20,000 nt of DNA from IMG/VR virus record IMGVR_UViG_3300021964_000046; one strand, given 5' to 3'. How positions within the stretch are numbered: the stretch's first letter is position 1; each line of letters starts with the position of its first letter. Positions 8,005 through 16,400 of this stretch are shown one piece after another. The notes under the pieces are model-generated. The model had not been told where the DNA came from, searched no databases, and saw only the letters and a list, made by a program, of their open reading frames with translations. A program made the position numbers and the translations under genes. Source of the DNA: an uncultured virus (IMG/VR IMGVR_UViG_3300021964_000046) (lineage: Duplodnaviria; Heunggongvirae; Uroviricota; Caudoviricetes).

Positions 8005-8287
8005 CAATCTGACAGTTAGCACACACAGTTTTTAAATTACCAGGTCTACAATTATTAAGATCACCGTCTATATGATATACTCTTAATTGTTCTTTGAAAG
8101 AGGCTTTGAAGTTACATTTTTCACAATGATCTTTTTGACGGTAACCTGCTAAGTACCATTTTGGATTGCCTCTATTTTTACCTTTATTCCTTACACAAAC
8201 ATCACATTGGCTTCTATAGAAAGTTTTATTACCTTTCTTATAGTTTATAGCGACAGGACGCTTACCACATTTGCATAATGGACGCAT
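7949..8287 (-). CDS. Cys-rich Zn-binding HNH-like protein
   Basis: CKC, CDVC, CEKC and CANC plus YHIDGDLNNCRPGNLKTVCANCQ (HNH-like); has its own TAAATA box upstream. Confidence 0.75.
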   Translation of the reverse strand: MRPLCKCGKRPVAINYKKGNKTFYRSQCDVCVRNKGKNRGNPKWYLAGYRQKDHCEKCNFKASFKEQLRVYHIDGDLNNCRPGNLKTVCANCQIAMQRVGARWKQGDLAPDF

Positions 8288-8292
8288 AGTGT

Positions 8293-8298
8293 TATTTA
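8293..8298 (-). promoter_or_regulatory. Late-promoter-like TAAATA box
   Basis: Minus strand reads GGTAAATA-ACACT-ATG. Confidence 0.6.
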
Positions 8299-8355
8299 CC
8301 TAACCTTTTTATGCCCTTTTACACCGTGTATTTTGGTTAAATTATCTGACTTCTG

Positions 8356-8363
8356 TATAAATA
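8356..8363 (+). promoter_or_regulatory. T4-type late promoter TATAAATA
   Basis: Exact consensus; the 15-mer TGTATAAATACATAT (8354-8368) is identical to 6544-6558. AGGAGA SD at 8381-8386. Confidence 0.85.
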
Positions 8364-8393
8364 CATATAATAAGTTCAACAGGAGAACACAAG

Positions 8394-11300
8394 ATGGCAA
8401 ACTTAGTATCACCAGGTGTATCGGTCAGCGTAATAGACGAGAGTTTTTATACTCCGGCTGAACCAGGTACTACCCCTATGATTTTCGTTGCTACTGCACA
8501 AGACAAAGCGAATGCAAGTGGCACAGGAACAGCGAGAGGAACGACTAAAGCAAACGCTGGCGTACCTTTCTTATTAACTTCACAAAGAGATTTATCCGAG
8601 ACTTTCGGAGATCCATCATTTTATACAGACAATAACAACAATCCAATACACGGCGGTGAGTTGAATGAATATGGTCTACAAACTGCTTACTCATACTTAG
8701 GCGTTTCTAACAGAGCGTGGGTAGTAAGAGCAGACATTGACACTAATCAACTTCAAGCATCTGCTACTGCACCAAGTGCAGATCCAGAAAGCGGAACTTA
8801 TTGGTTTGATACACAAATTTCAAGAGTTGGTATTTTTGAATGGAATGGCAATGCCGTAACAGCAACTGGCGGACAGACATTCACAATGAAAACACCTACT
8901 GTAATTACAGACAAAACAAAATTAGTTGGCGATCAAGCAACTGGTAACCCTAAACCTTCTGTTGGACAAATTGGGGACTACGTTGTTGTTGCTACAACTA
9001 CAATTAACAAAATCTTTTACAAAAATTCAAGTGGTACTTGGGTTAAAGTGGGAACTGACGCATGGATTGCATCTTGGCCAGTAGCGGCAGGCTCACAAAA
9101 TGCTTCAGTAACACAAGGCTTAACATTTACAATCAACAGTGGCACAATTACTGCTGGTGCAGATGTTGCCGCAACTGTTGCCGCTATTAATACAGCAGGA
9201 ACAGGTAACGGATTTAGTGCTTCAGTAACTGATAGCAGAGTAAACTTATTCTCAACAGATGGTACAGATCTTGTTGTTGCAGAAGGAACAGGCTTAATGG
9301 CAGAATTAGGCTTTAGTGCTAAAACTTACAACGCACCAAAATTAAGCGTTGGACCACACACTTCAATTCCAGAGTTTAAATCAAGAGACACTGAGCCAGC
9401 ACCAACTGGTTCTATTTGGTTTAAAACTACTGATGCAAACTTAGGTGCAAAACTTTACGTTAAAGAGTTTAATGGCGATACAGCACTTTGGGAAAATAAA
9501 AATGTTCCAATTTATGCTAACAACATGAAGGCTCTTAAAGCACTTGATGCAACAGGCGGTGGCGCAAATCTTTCTGTAGACACTTACTACGCACAATCAA
9601 ATGTGTCAGAAGATGCTCAAGCAGAATTTGATTTTAAAATCTTTAAACGTGTAGCAACTGGTGGAACAAAAATTACATCAGACATTATTGATACACAAGT
9701 AACAGCAAGTACATACACATTTACTATTGCTGAATCAATTACTAATCAAGATACATTGAACGCACCAATTCAAGTATCAATTACAGCAACAGGTGCTTCA
9801 GCAGATGCTGAAGAAATTGCAGGTCAAATCAACAGTGCAGGATTTACTAACATTGTTGCAAGTGTTGACAGTGCAAACAGAGTTGTAATTGAACATAATG
9901 ACGGCGGTGAGTTTAGAATTGTTGATACAGACGGTGGATTAACACTTGCAGGTTACACACCATATGTAGATGCAAACAACGGTACAGCAAACTTATATTA
10001 TGTACCAGGCACAGACGGTTCTACAAATCCAAAACAATATATGGCATCAAACTGGCAAGTACTTTCATATACTGCTGGCGATGATGCACCAAATGCTTTA
10101 GCGGCAGATGGTACACTTTGGTACAACTCAGTTGTTGACGAAGCAGATATTATGATCCACAATGGTACTACTTGGGTAGGTTACCAGAACTATATTTCAG
10201 GACAAGTTAACTACTCTTCAACAGATCCAAATGGTCCGATTGTTTCAGCAACAGAACCAACTAAACAATCAGATGGTTCAGGACTTGTTGACGGTGACAT
10301 TTGGGTGTCCACAGCAGATCTTGAAAATTATCCACAAATTTATCAATACAATGGTCAAACACTTAAATTTGTATTAAGAGATAGTTCAGATCAGTCAACA
10401 GACAACGGCGTACTATTTGCAGATGCACGTTACAACACAGCAGGTGCTAACAGTGGCACAGCAGGTGAAATCAAAGACTTGCTAACAAGCAACTACTTAG
10501 ATCCAGATGCTCCAGATCCAGCACTATATCCAAAAGGTATGATGCTGTTCAATCTAAGACGTTCAGGTTTCAATGTTAAGAAATTTGTACGTAACTATAT
10601 TGATCTTGCAGAAGACAATGGTAGAAACAGTGACGAGTCAATGAGTGCTTACTATCCACATAGATGGGTAACTGAAAGTGCTAACCAAGAAGATGGCGCA
10701 GGTACATTCGGACGTAAAGCACAGCGTAAAGTTATAGTACAAGCATTACAAGCATTAATGAACAGCAACCAAGACATTAGAGATAACGAATCAAGAATCT
10801 TTAACTTAATGTCAACACCGGGTTATCCAGAACTAATTGGTGAAATGATTGCATTAAACAATGATAGAGGCTTAACAGCGTTTATCGTAGGTGACAGTCC
10901 ATTTAGACTAACACCAGATGCAACTTCATTAAACAACTGGGCAACTAACGTAAATGGTGCTGTAGAAGATAATGATAACGGTTTAGTATCCAGAGATGAA
11001 TACATGGGTGTGTTTTATCCAAGTTTATTCACAAGTGATAACGCAGGTAACAACGTAGTTGTTCCGGCATCACATGGTATACTTAGAACGATTGCACTAA
11101 GTGATCAAGTTTCTTATCCATGGTTTGCACCAGCAGGTACAAGACGTGGCGGAATTACTAACGCATCAAGTGCAGGTTACATTGATTCAGAAGGTGAATT
11201 TAAGACAGTTGCTCTTAACGAAGGTCAAAGAGATACATTATACAGCAATGCAGTTAACCCAATTACATTCTTAACTGGTGCTGGACTTGTAAACTTTGGT

Positions 11301-11651
11301 CAAAAAACAAGAGCAAGAAACGCAAGTTCATTAGATAGAATTAATGTTGCAAGATTGGTGATTTACTTAAGATCACAACTTAACAAACTTGCTAAACCTT
11401 ATATCTTTGAACCAAACGATAAGATCACAAGAGATGAGATTAAACAACAAGTAGATAGTTTAATGTTAGAACTTGTAGGTCAAAGAGCGTTATATGACTT
11501 CTTGGTAGTGTGTGATGAATCAAACAACACACCTTCAAGAATTGATAGAAACGAGTTATATGTAGACATAGCAATTGAACCAGTGAAAGCAGTAGAATTT
11601 ATTTACATTCCACTAAGACTTAAAAACACTGGTGAGATAGCGGGACTATAA
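8394..11651 (+). CDS. gp18: Contractile tail sheath protein (T4 gp18-like), 1085 aa
   Basis: LVSPGVSVSVIDES N-terminus, FGDP, WVVRA, PWFAPAGTRRG, RDTLYSNAVNPI, FGQKT, LDRINVARL, FEPND and CDESNNTPSRIDRNELYVDIAIEPVKAVEFIYI. Confidence 0.95.
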   Translation: MANLVSPGVSVSVIDESFYTPAEPGTTPMIFVATAQDKANASGTGTARGTTKANAGVPFLLTSQRDLSETFGDPSFYTDNNNNPIHGGELNEYGLQTAYSYLGVSNRAWVVRADIDTNQLQASATAPSADPESGTYWFDTQISRVGIFEWNGNAVTATGGQTFTMKTPTVITDKTKLVGDQATGNPKPSVGQIGDYVVVATTTINKIFYKNSSGTWVKVGTDAWIASWPVAAGSQNASVTQGLTFTINSGTITAGADVAATVAAINTAGTGNGFSASVTDSRVNLFSTDGTDLVVAEGTGLMAELGFSAKTYNAPKLSVGPHTSIPEFKSRDTEPAPTGSIWFKTTDANLGAKLYVKEFNGDTALWENKNVPIYANNMKALKALDATGGGANLSVDTYYAQSNVSEDAQAEFDFKIFKRVATGGTKITSDIIDTQVTASTYTFTIAESITNQDTLNAPIQVSITATGASADAEEIAGQINSAGFTNIVASVDSANRVVIEHNDGGEFRIVDTDGGLTLAGYTPYVDANNGTANLYYVPGTDGSTNPKQYMASNWQVLSYTAGDDAPNALAADGTLWYNSVVDEADIMIHNGTTWVGYQNYISGQVNYSSTDPNGPIVSATEPTKQSDGSGLVDGDIWVSTADLENYPQIYQYNGQTLKFVLRDSSDQSTDNGVLFADARYNTAGANSGTAGEIKDLLTSNYLDPDAPDPALYPKGMMLFNLRRSGFNVKKFVRNYIDLAEDNGRNSDESMSAYYPHRWVTESANQEDGAGTFGRKAQRKVIVQALQALMNSNQDIRDNESRIFNLMSTPGYPELIGEMIALNNDRGLTAFIVGDSPFRLTPDATSLNNWATNVNGAVEDNDNGLVSRDEYMGVFYPSLFTSDNAGNNVVVPASHGILRTIALSDQVSYPWFAPAGTRRGGITNASSAGYIDSEGEFKTVALNEGQRDTLYSNAVNPITFLTGAGLVNFGQKTRARNASSLDRINVARLVIYLRSQLNKLAKPYIFEPNDKITRDEIKQQVDSLMLELVGQRALYDFLVVCDESNNTPSRIDRNELYVDIAIEPVKAVEFIYIPLRLKNTGEIAGL

Positions 11652-11656
11652 TATGA

Positions 11657-11662
11657 TAAATA
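11657..11662 (+). promoter_or_regulatory. Late-promoter-like GATAAATA box
   Basis: Intergenic, followed by AGGAG SD and ATG 11682. Confidence 0.65.
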
Positions 11663-11681
11663 ATATTAATAGGAGCAAATA

Positions 11682-12311
11682 ATGGCAATTTCATCACTCT
11701 CAAGATTAACAGTGCCTTTGGACAGTAACGCAAGTTCAAGTTCACAAGGTTTGTTAATGCCAAAACTGCAATACCGCTTTAGGGTATCGCTTGAAAACTT
11801 TGGCGTATCCACTCCAACTACAGAGTTAACAAAACAAGTAGTTGACGTAACAAGACCTAACGTATCTTTCGAACAGATTACCTTAGATGTTTACAACTCA
11901 AAAGTATTTTTAGCAGGTAAACATACATGGGAACCAATCACACTTAACTTACGTGAAGATGTATCCAACAACGTACAAAAACTTGTTGGCGAACAGTTAC
12001 AGAAACAGTTTGACTTCTTCGAACAGTCAAGTGCGGCATCAGGCGCGGACTACAAATTCGTTACAAGAATCGAAATCCTCGATGGTGGTAATGGAGCAAA
12101 CACAGCAACAGTTTTAGAGACTTTTGAATTGTACGGTTGTTATCTTGAGAGTGCAAACTACAATACATTAGCATATGCAACTTCAGATGCTGTAACTGTA
12201 GCACTTAACATTAGATACGATAACGCAATTCAAACACCACAAGGAACTGGTATTGGTACTGCTGTAGGCAGAACAGTCAATACACTTGTTACTGGCGGCG
12301 GCGCTGGTTAA
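11682..12311 (+). CDS. gp19: Tail tube protein (T4 gp19-like)
   Basis: Directly after the sheath; PKLQYRFRV, VTRPNVSFE, AGKHTWEPITLNLRED, FELYGCY and IRYDNA; strong SD and a downstream terminator. Confidence 0.85.
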   Translation: MAISSLSRLTVPLDSNASSSSQGLLMPKLQYRFRVSLENFGVSTPTTELTKQVVDVTRPNVSFEQITLDVYNSKVFLAGKHTWEPITLNLREDVSNNVQKLVGEQLQKQFDFFEQSSAASGADYKFVTRIEILDGGNGANTATVLETFELYGCYLESANYNTLAYATSDAVTVALNIRYDNAIQTPQGTGIGTAVGRTVNTLVTGGGAG

Positions 12312-12332
12312 TAGTTTTATTGTATAAAACAC

Positions 12333-12357
12333 AAAAAGGCGCTTCGGCGCCTTTTTT
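12333..12357 (+). terminator. Rho-independent terminator (possibly bidirectional)
   Basis: AAAAAGGCGC-TTCG-GCGCCTTTTT: perfect stem with a C(UUCG)G tetraloop and T-tract. Confidence 0.92.
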
Positions 12358-12383
12358 ATTATCTACCCATATAATTGTTTAGA

Positions 12384-12389
12384 TAAATA
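12384..12389 (+). promoter_or_regulatory. Late-promoter-like GATAAATA box
   Basis: TAAATA-TTAGT-ATG just after a terminator, where a new promoter is required; no SD. Confidence 0.7.
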
Positions 12390-12394
12390 TTAGT

Positions 12395-13750
12395 ATGGCA
12401 AATAAGTTAACACCATTCCTAAACAACTTAGCACAAGGTGCTTTAAATCCAAAAGGTAATCTTGGAGATTTTCAACACGCGGCTCGACTATATGTTGACG
12501 ATGCATTTAAATTCGCACCAAAGGTAAAGTTTCTTTATCATGTTGCATTTAATATTAATCCAGATGCTTCTGCTGTTATTCCGCAACTAACAACAAAGCA
12601 TAGCAATACAATTAATATGCTTGTTAAGAGTGTTGACTTACCTAAATTTGATATTACTACAGAAACTAAACACGCATACAATAGAAAAAGAGTTTTACAA
12701 AAACGTATTGATTATAGTCCGTGTAACATTACTTTCCATGATGATAACTTTGGCTTAACAACAGCAATGTGGGAATCATACTACAGATATTATTACAAAG
12801 ACGGAAACTATGCATCAGTTGACCAAGCAGGTTCTCCACAAACATCTAACAGTGCATATAATAGAGCAAACATATACGGAACATCTAATCAACAGTACCG
12901 TTACGGTTTTGACAATGATAGTTTTGCTCCTTTCTTTAACAGCATTATTGTGTATCAAATGTCAAGAAAACGTTATACAGCATTTACACTTGTAAATCCT
13001 ATTATACAAAGTTGGCAACATGATACTATGGATCAAGCAACCAGTGAACTTGTACAAAGTACAATGTCAATCAACTTTGAAACAGTTTGGTATTCAAGAG
13101 GTCCAGTAACTGAAGGTGCGGCACCTAAAGGATTTGCAACAGAGCATTATGATAAGACACCTTCACCGTTAACATTAGGTGGCGGTGGCACTTCAAGTCT
13201 ATTTGGTGCTGGCGGAGTTGCGGCAGGTGCGGCAGATGTATTTGGAGATATTACAAGTGGACAAGCATTTAGTTCACCAGGAGCATTATTAGGCACAGTG
13301 CTTAAAGGTGCAAACACAGTGGCTAATGCAAAAAGTCTAAGTTCAGAAGGTTTACGTCAAGAAGGTTTTGGTATTATTAAAGGTGCCTTAGGAGATATAA
13401 GTGGTGCGCCAGTTGGTGGAGTTGCTAATTCATTCTTTCCTAAAGGCGGAGGCAACGGAGGTGCTAATTCTTTGACAGCGGCTATACAAGGTGTGAGTGT
13501 AGTTTCTAATATTGCAAATTTAGCAAACGCAACAAGTGTATCAGATGTAGCAAATCAACTTGCAAACAATCCTGATCAATTAGAAAGTTTAACCAAAGCA
13601 ACAACATTTAAAAAGACACATTTGAAAGCAGGCGGCGATGCATCAGTAAGTGCAATTAATAGTGCATGGAATTCAGCAAGTGATTCATTTAAATCAGCAC
13701 AGAACAGCGAAACATTAAATAATTTAGCAAACATTGTAAGGAATGCATAA
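12395..13750 (+). CDS. Tail-tube-fold protein (gp19/gp54/gp48-like baseplate-tube junction candidate) with Gly/Ala-rich C-terminus
   Basis: PKVKFLYHV, VKSVDLPKF, YSPCNITFHDD, LVNPIIQSW and MSINFE parallel the tube-fold motifs; the last ~200 aa are G/A/S/N-rich. Confidence 0.6.
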   Translation: MANKLTPFLNNLAQGALNPKGNLGDFQHAARLYVDDAFKFAPKVKFLYHVAFNINPDASAVIPQLTTKHSNTINMLVKSVDLPKFDITTETKHAYNRKRVLQKRIDYSPCNITFHDDNFGLTTAMWESYYRYYYKDGNYASVDQAGSPQTSNSAYNRANIYGTSNQQYRYGFDNDSFAPFFNSIIVYQMSRKRYTAFTLVNPIIQSWQHDTMDQATSELVQSTMSINFETVWYSRGPVTEGAAPKGFATEHYDKTPSPLTLGGGGTSSLFGAGGVAAGAADVFGDITSGQAFSSPGALLGTVLKGANTVANAKSLSSEGLRQEGFGIIKGALGDISGAPVGGVANSFFPKGGGNGGANSLTAAIQGVSVVSNIANLANATSVSDVANQLANNPDQLESLTKATTFKKTHLKAGGDASVSAINSAWNSASDSFKSAQNSETLNNLANIVRNA

Positions 13751-14118
13751 TGAACAGCAACACAGGTACCTCAAATAAACCCGACAGTGCTAAAGAAGTA
13801 AAAGAATTTTTTAATCAATACTTTACAGGAAAAATTAGTTTTCCAAGTAACGAAGTTGATGCAGTGATTGGTTTTTTTGAAAGCAGAGGGTTTTCTAAAG
13901 AAGGTTCAATTGCTGTAGGAACAGTTCTTTTACAACAAGCAAAGTTGGACGATGTAAACGTATTTCAATTATTAGATACTTTAAAAAAGCAAGACGAGAT
14001 TCAATTGAGCAGTGTTGTAACTGAAGTACTAAATTACAATAGAGAAAAAATTTCCACATTAGGCTACAAACTGGACAACACAGTTAACAGGACTGAATCA
14101 CGAAACATAGAGGTGTAA
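13750..14118 (+). CDS. Hypothetical protein (virion module)
   Basis: 122-aa ORF with a TAATG overlap upstream and a 1-nt gap to the next gene. Confidence 0.7.
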   Translation: MNSNTGTSNKPDSAKEVKEFFNQYFTGKISFPSNEVDAVIGFFESRGFSKEGSIAVGTVLLQQAKLDDVNVFQLLDTLKKQDEIQLSSVVTEVLNYNREKISTLGYKLDNTVNRTESRNIEV

Positions 14119-14119
14119 C

Positions 14120-14557
14120 ATGGCCAAGTTTGCACAAGGGCGTTACAATCTAAAAAACCCAGACAAGTATATAGGTCGCAAAACTCCTTTGTATAGAAGT
14201 AGTTGGGAATTTGCTTTTATGAAATTTTGTGATGAAAATCCCAATGTTGCAAAGTGGGCCAGTGAAGCAGTAAAGATTCCTTATAGAAATCCATTAACAG
14301 GTAAACATACTGTTTATGTTCCGGATTTTTTTATTGCATATTCTGATAAAAAAGGTAAACAACGTGCAGAAGTAATAGAAGTTAAACCTGATAATCAGAC
14401 AACACTTGAAAGTGCAGGAAGAAATAAGTACAAACAAGCACAAGTTGTTTTGAATATGGCTAAATGGGAAGCCGCTAAAGCATGGTGTAAAGACAAAGGC
14501 CTATACTTTAGAGTGGTTACAGAGAAAGACATTTTTCATTCAGGGTCGAGAAAATAA
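14120..14557 (+). CDS. gp4: Head completion nuclease (T4 gp4-like, PD-(D/E)XK fold)
   Basis: NPDKYIG, YRSSWE, WASE, IPY, YVPDF, IEVKP, KWEAAKAWC and FRVVTE; GAGGTG SD. Confidence 0.9.
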   Translation: MAKFAQGRYNLKNPDKYIGRKTPLYRSSWEFAFMKFCDENPNVAKWASEAVKIPYRNPLTGKHTVYVPDFFIAYSDKKGKQRAEVIEVKPDNQTTLESAGRNKYKQAQVVLNMAKWEAAKAWCKDKGLYFRVVTEKDIFHSGSRK

Positions 14558-14559
14558 GA

Positions 14560-14565
14560 TAAATA
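14560..14565 (+). promoter_or_regulatory. Late-promoter-like GATAAATA box
   Basis: Immediately after the gp4 stop, upstream of the ATG at 14592. Confidence 0.55.
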
Positions 14566-14591
14566 ATAGTAGCATTTAATGGATTCGACAT

Positions 14592-15089
14592 ATGACTAAA
14601 AAATTAGAAGAATTATTAAACTTGCCTGATTCTAAAGAAATCATAGAGCAAGATAAAAGTGATTCAAAAAAAGAAGAAAAACAAACTGCAATCGTTGAAC
14701 ACGAAGAAACACAGCGTAACATAGCAGAACTTGATAAGATATCAGCGGCATTACCACAAGTAAAAGGTCTTGGAGAGATGGCTGATAAAGAACTTAATGA
14801 AGTAGCAACCAAGGCTATGGACGCATATGAAGATTTAATGGATCTGGGTATGAATGTAGAAAGTCGTTATTCAGGTAGAGTATTTGAAGTTGCAGGACAA
14901 ATGCTTAAAACTAACTTAGATGCTAAAGTTGCTAAATTGGATAAAAAACTAAAAATGGTTGAACTGCAATTAAAGAAAGAAAAACAAGATAAAGACGCAG
15001 GAACTGAAGATAACGTTGTTTCCGGCGATGGATACGTAGTTACAGATCGTAATAGTTTATTAGAAAAACTTAAAAACATGGATAAATAA
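14592..15089 (+). CDS. Probable terminase small subunit (T4 gp16-like)
   Basis: 165 aa, helical; SGRVFEVAGQMLK resembles the gp16-family R-x-[YF]-EV-x-GQ motif, followed by a coiled coil and a short C-terminal strand-helix; near TerL. Confidence 0.6.
   Translation: MTKKLEELLNLPDSKEIIEQDKSDSKKEEKQTAIVEHEETQRNIAELDKISAALPQVKGLGEMADKELNEVATKAMDAYEDLMDLGMNVESRYSGRVFEVAGQMLKTNLDAKVAKLDKKLKMVELQLKKEKQDKDAGTEDNVVSGDGYVVTDRNSLLEKLKNMDK
15083..15088 (+). promoter_or_regulatory. Late-promoter-like GATAAATA box
   Basis: Encoded by the last codons (GAT AAA TAA) of the upstream gene; AGGA SD and ATG 15110 follow. Confidence 0.6.
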
Positions 15090-15109
15090 CTTGTAGTAGG
15101 ATAAACAAT

Positions 15110-15670
15110 ATGAAAAAATACAGCGAATATTTAACAGAAGCATATAACGGCAAAACATACGAATTTAAAATTGGTATTGCTGGCGATAACGAAGGTGTTG
15201 CAGATAAGTTAGAAACTGCATTAAAAAAGTTTGGCGTAACAAATATTACACCAGGCAAGAAAACACCTATCCAAGAACGCCCATTAGACTTTCCACAATT
15301 ACAAAATGAGGAAATAACATACTACGAAGCAACAATTACATATCCTACACACGCTGAATCATTACAAGAATATTTAGGTTACAATATTGGTAAATCACAA
15401 TCACACATTATGGTACGTAATATGAATGCACCACAAGAAGTTTATCAAGAAGTAAGCAATGAACCATACGAAGTTAAACTAACAAAAGAAGAAATGGAAG
15501 CAGAATCTGCTCAACAAGAAGTTGGTGGAAACAGAGTAATGGATCTACTAAAAGAGTTAGAAGGCGTAAGAAAAGAATACACAAACAGTCCAGTAGCAGA
15601 AGTAAAGCCAGACGCTGAACAGAAGCAAATGGAAGATGCTGGTGTAAGTAAAAGTCCAATTGGGAGTTAA
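15110..15670 (+). CDS. Probable internal head protein with capsid-targeting-like N-terminus
   Basis: Starts MKKYSEYLTEA, resembling the T4 internal-protein targeting sequence; acidic C-terminus. Confidence 0.55.
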   Translation: MKKYSEYLTEAYNGKTYEFKIGIAGDNEGVADKLETALKKFGVTNITPGKKTPIQERPLDFPQLQNEEITYYEATITYPTHAESLQEYLGYNIGKSQSHIMVRNMNAPQEVYQEVSNEPYEVKLTKEEMEAESAQQEVGGNRVMDLLKELEGVRKEYTNSPVAEVKPDAEQKQMEDAGVSKSPIGS

Positions 15671-15672
15671 TT

Positions 15673-16335
15673 ATGAAATTTGAAGATATTTACAAAAAAA
15701 TAGAGGCGTTGGACGAAGCATTAAACGAAGCGGCATCAGCGTCAATTAATATGTCAGGCGATAATGCAGAAGACGTTATCAAATTAATGCAGGCACTAAA
15801 AGGTGACAAAGGCATTGATGACAAACCAGATATGCCAGACCTTCCGCCAATGCCAATCATGGGTCCACCAGATCCAACAGATGATATGGGCAAGATGAGA
15901 GATCTTATCAAAGGCAAAAGCGATGACATGGACATGGGTAAAAAAGATGACATGGATGATCTTAAACCAGGTATGCAAAAAGAGCCTTGCAAAATTTGTG
16001 GTAAAGTACACTTAGGTAACTCAGGATGTGCAGAAGAATTATCCGCAGAAGATTATGAAAATGAACCAGATGAAAAATATCAAGATCAACACTACATGAC
16101 AAAAGACCTGTCAGGTGGATCTGAAATGGGTCAAAAGAAATCTTATCCAAAAGTTGCAGGCGGTGATAATCCAATGGCACTTGAAGACGAAATTAAAGCA
16201 GAACTTTCTGCACAACTTGCAGAAAAAATGAAATCCGATGACGATGGCAATAGCGATGACGAAGACATGGTTAAGTGTCCAGAGTGCGGAAAAGAAAAAG
16301 AAAAATTAATGGCTTGCAGTTCTTGCGGTTGTTAA
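15673..16335 (+). CDS. Acidic low-complexity protein with Cys clusters (possible internal head protein)
   Basis: GGGAG SD; D/E/M/K/P-rich; CKICGKVH...C and CPECG...CSSCGC; followed by a terminator. Confidence 0.6.
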   Translation: MKFEDIYKKIEALDEALNEAASASINMSGDNAEDVIKLMQALKGDKGIDDKPDMPDLPPMPIMGPPDPTDDMGKMRDLIKGKSDDMDMGKKDDMDDLKPGMQKEPCKICGKVHLGNSGCAEELSAEDYENEPDEKYQDQHYMTKDLSGGSEMGQKKSYPKVAGGDNPMALEDEIKAELSAQLAEKMKSDDDGNSDDEDMVKCPECGKEKEKLMACSSCGC

Positions 16336-16355
16336 GTTAAATTATCAAGTAACTC

Positions 16356-16383
16356 AAATAGGCCCTCAGGGGCCTATTTTTTT
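16356..16383 (+). terminator. Rho-independent terminator
   Basis: AAATAGGCCC-TCAG-GGGCCTATTT with a T7 tract. Confidence 0.9.
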
Positions 16384-16386
16384 GAG

Positions 16387-16392
16387 TAAATA
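16387..16392 (+). promoter_or_regulatory. Late-promoter-like TAAATA box for terL
   Basis: TAAATA-CTAACAGT-ATG directly after a terminator; no SD. Confidence 0.7.
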
Positions 16393-16400
16393 CTAACAGT

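Noticed and set aside
14120..14557. TnsA-like endonuclease indicating a Tn7 transposon
   Set aside because: Motifs and context fit the T4 gp4 family; no tnsB/tnsC or transposon ends.
14579..14599. Mini-ORF MDSTYD overlapping the terS start
   Set aside because: Six codons, no SD, and 13 nt from the TAAATA box, outside the 5-9 nt pattern; probably chance.
15880..15960. GATGACATGGA-type short repeats as a CRISPR or tandem array
   Set aside because: Short, irregular and explained by Asp-Asp-Met codon repeats in a low-complexity protein.
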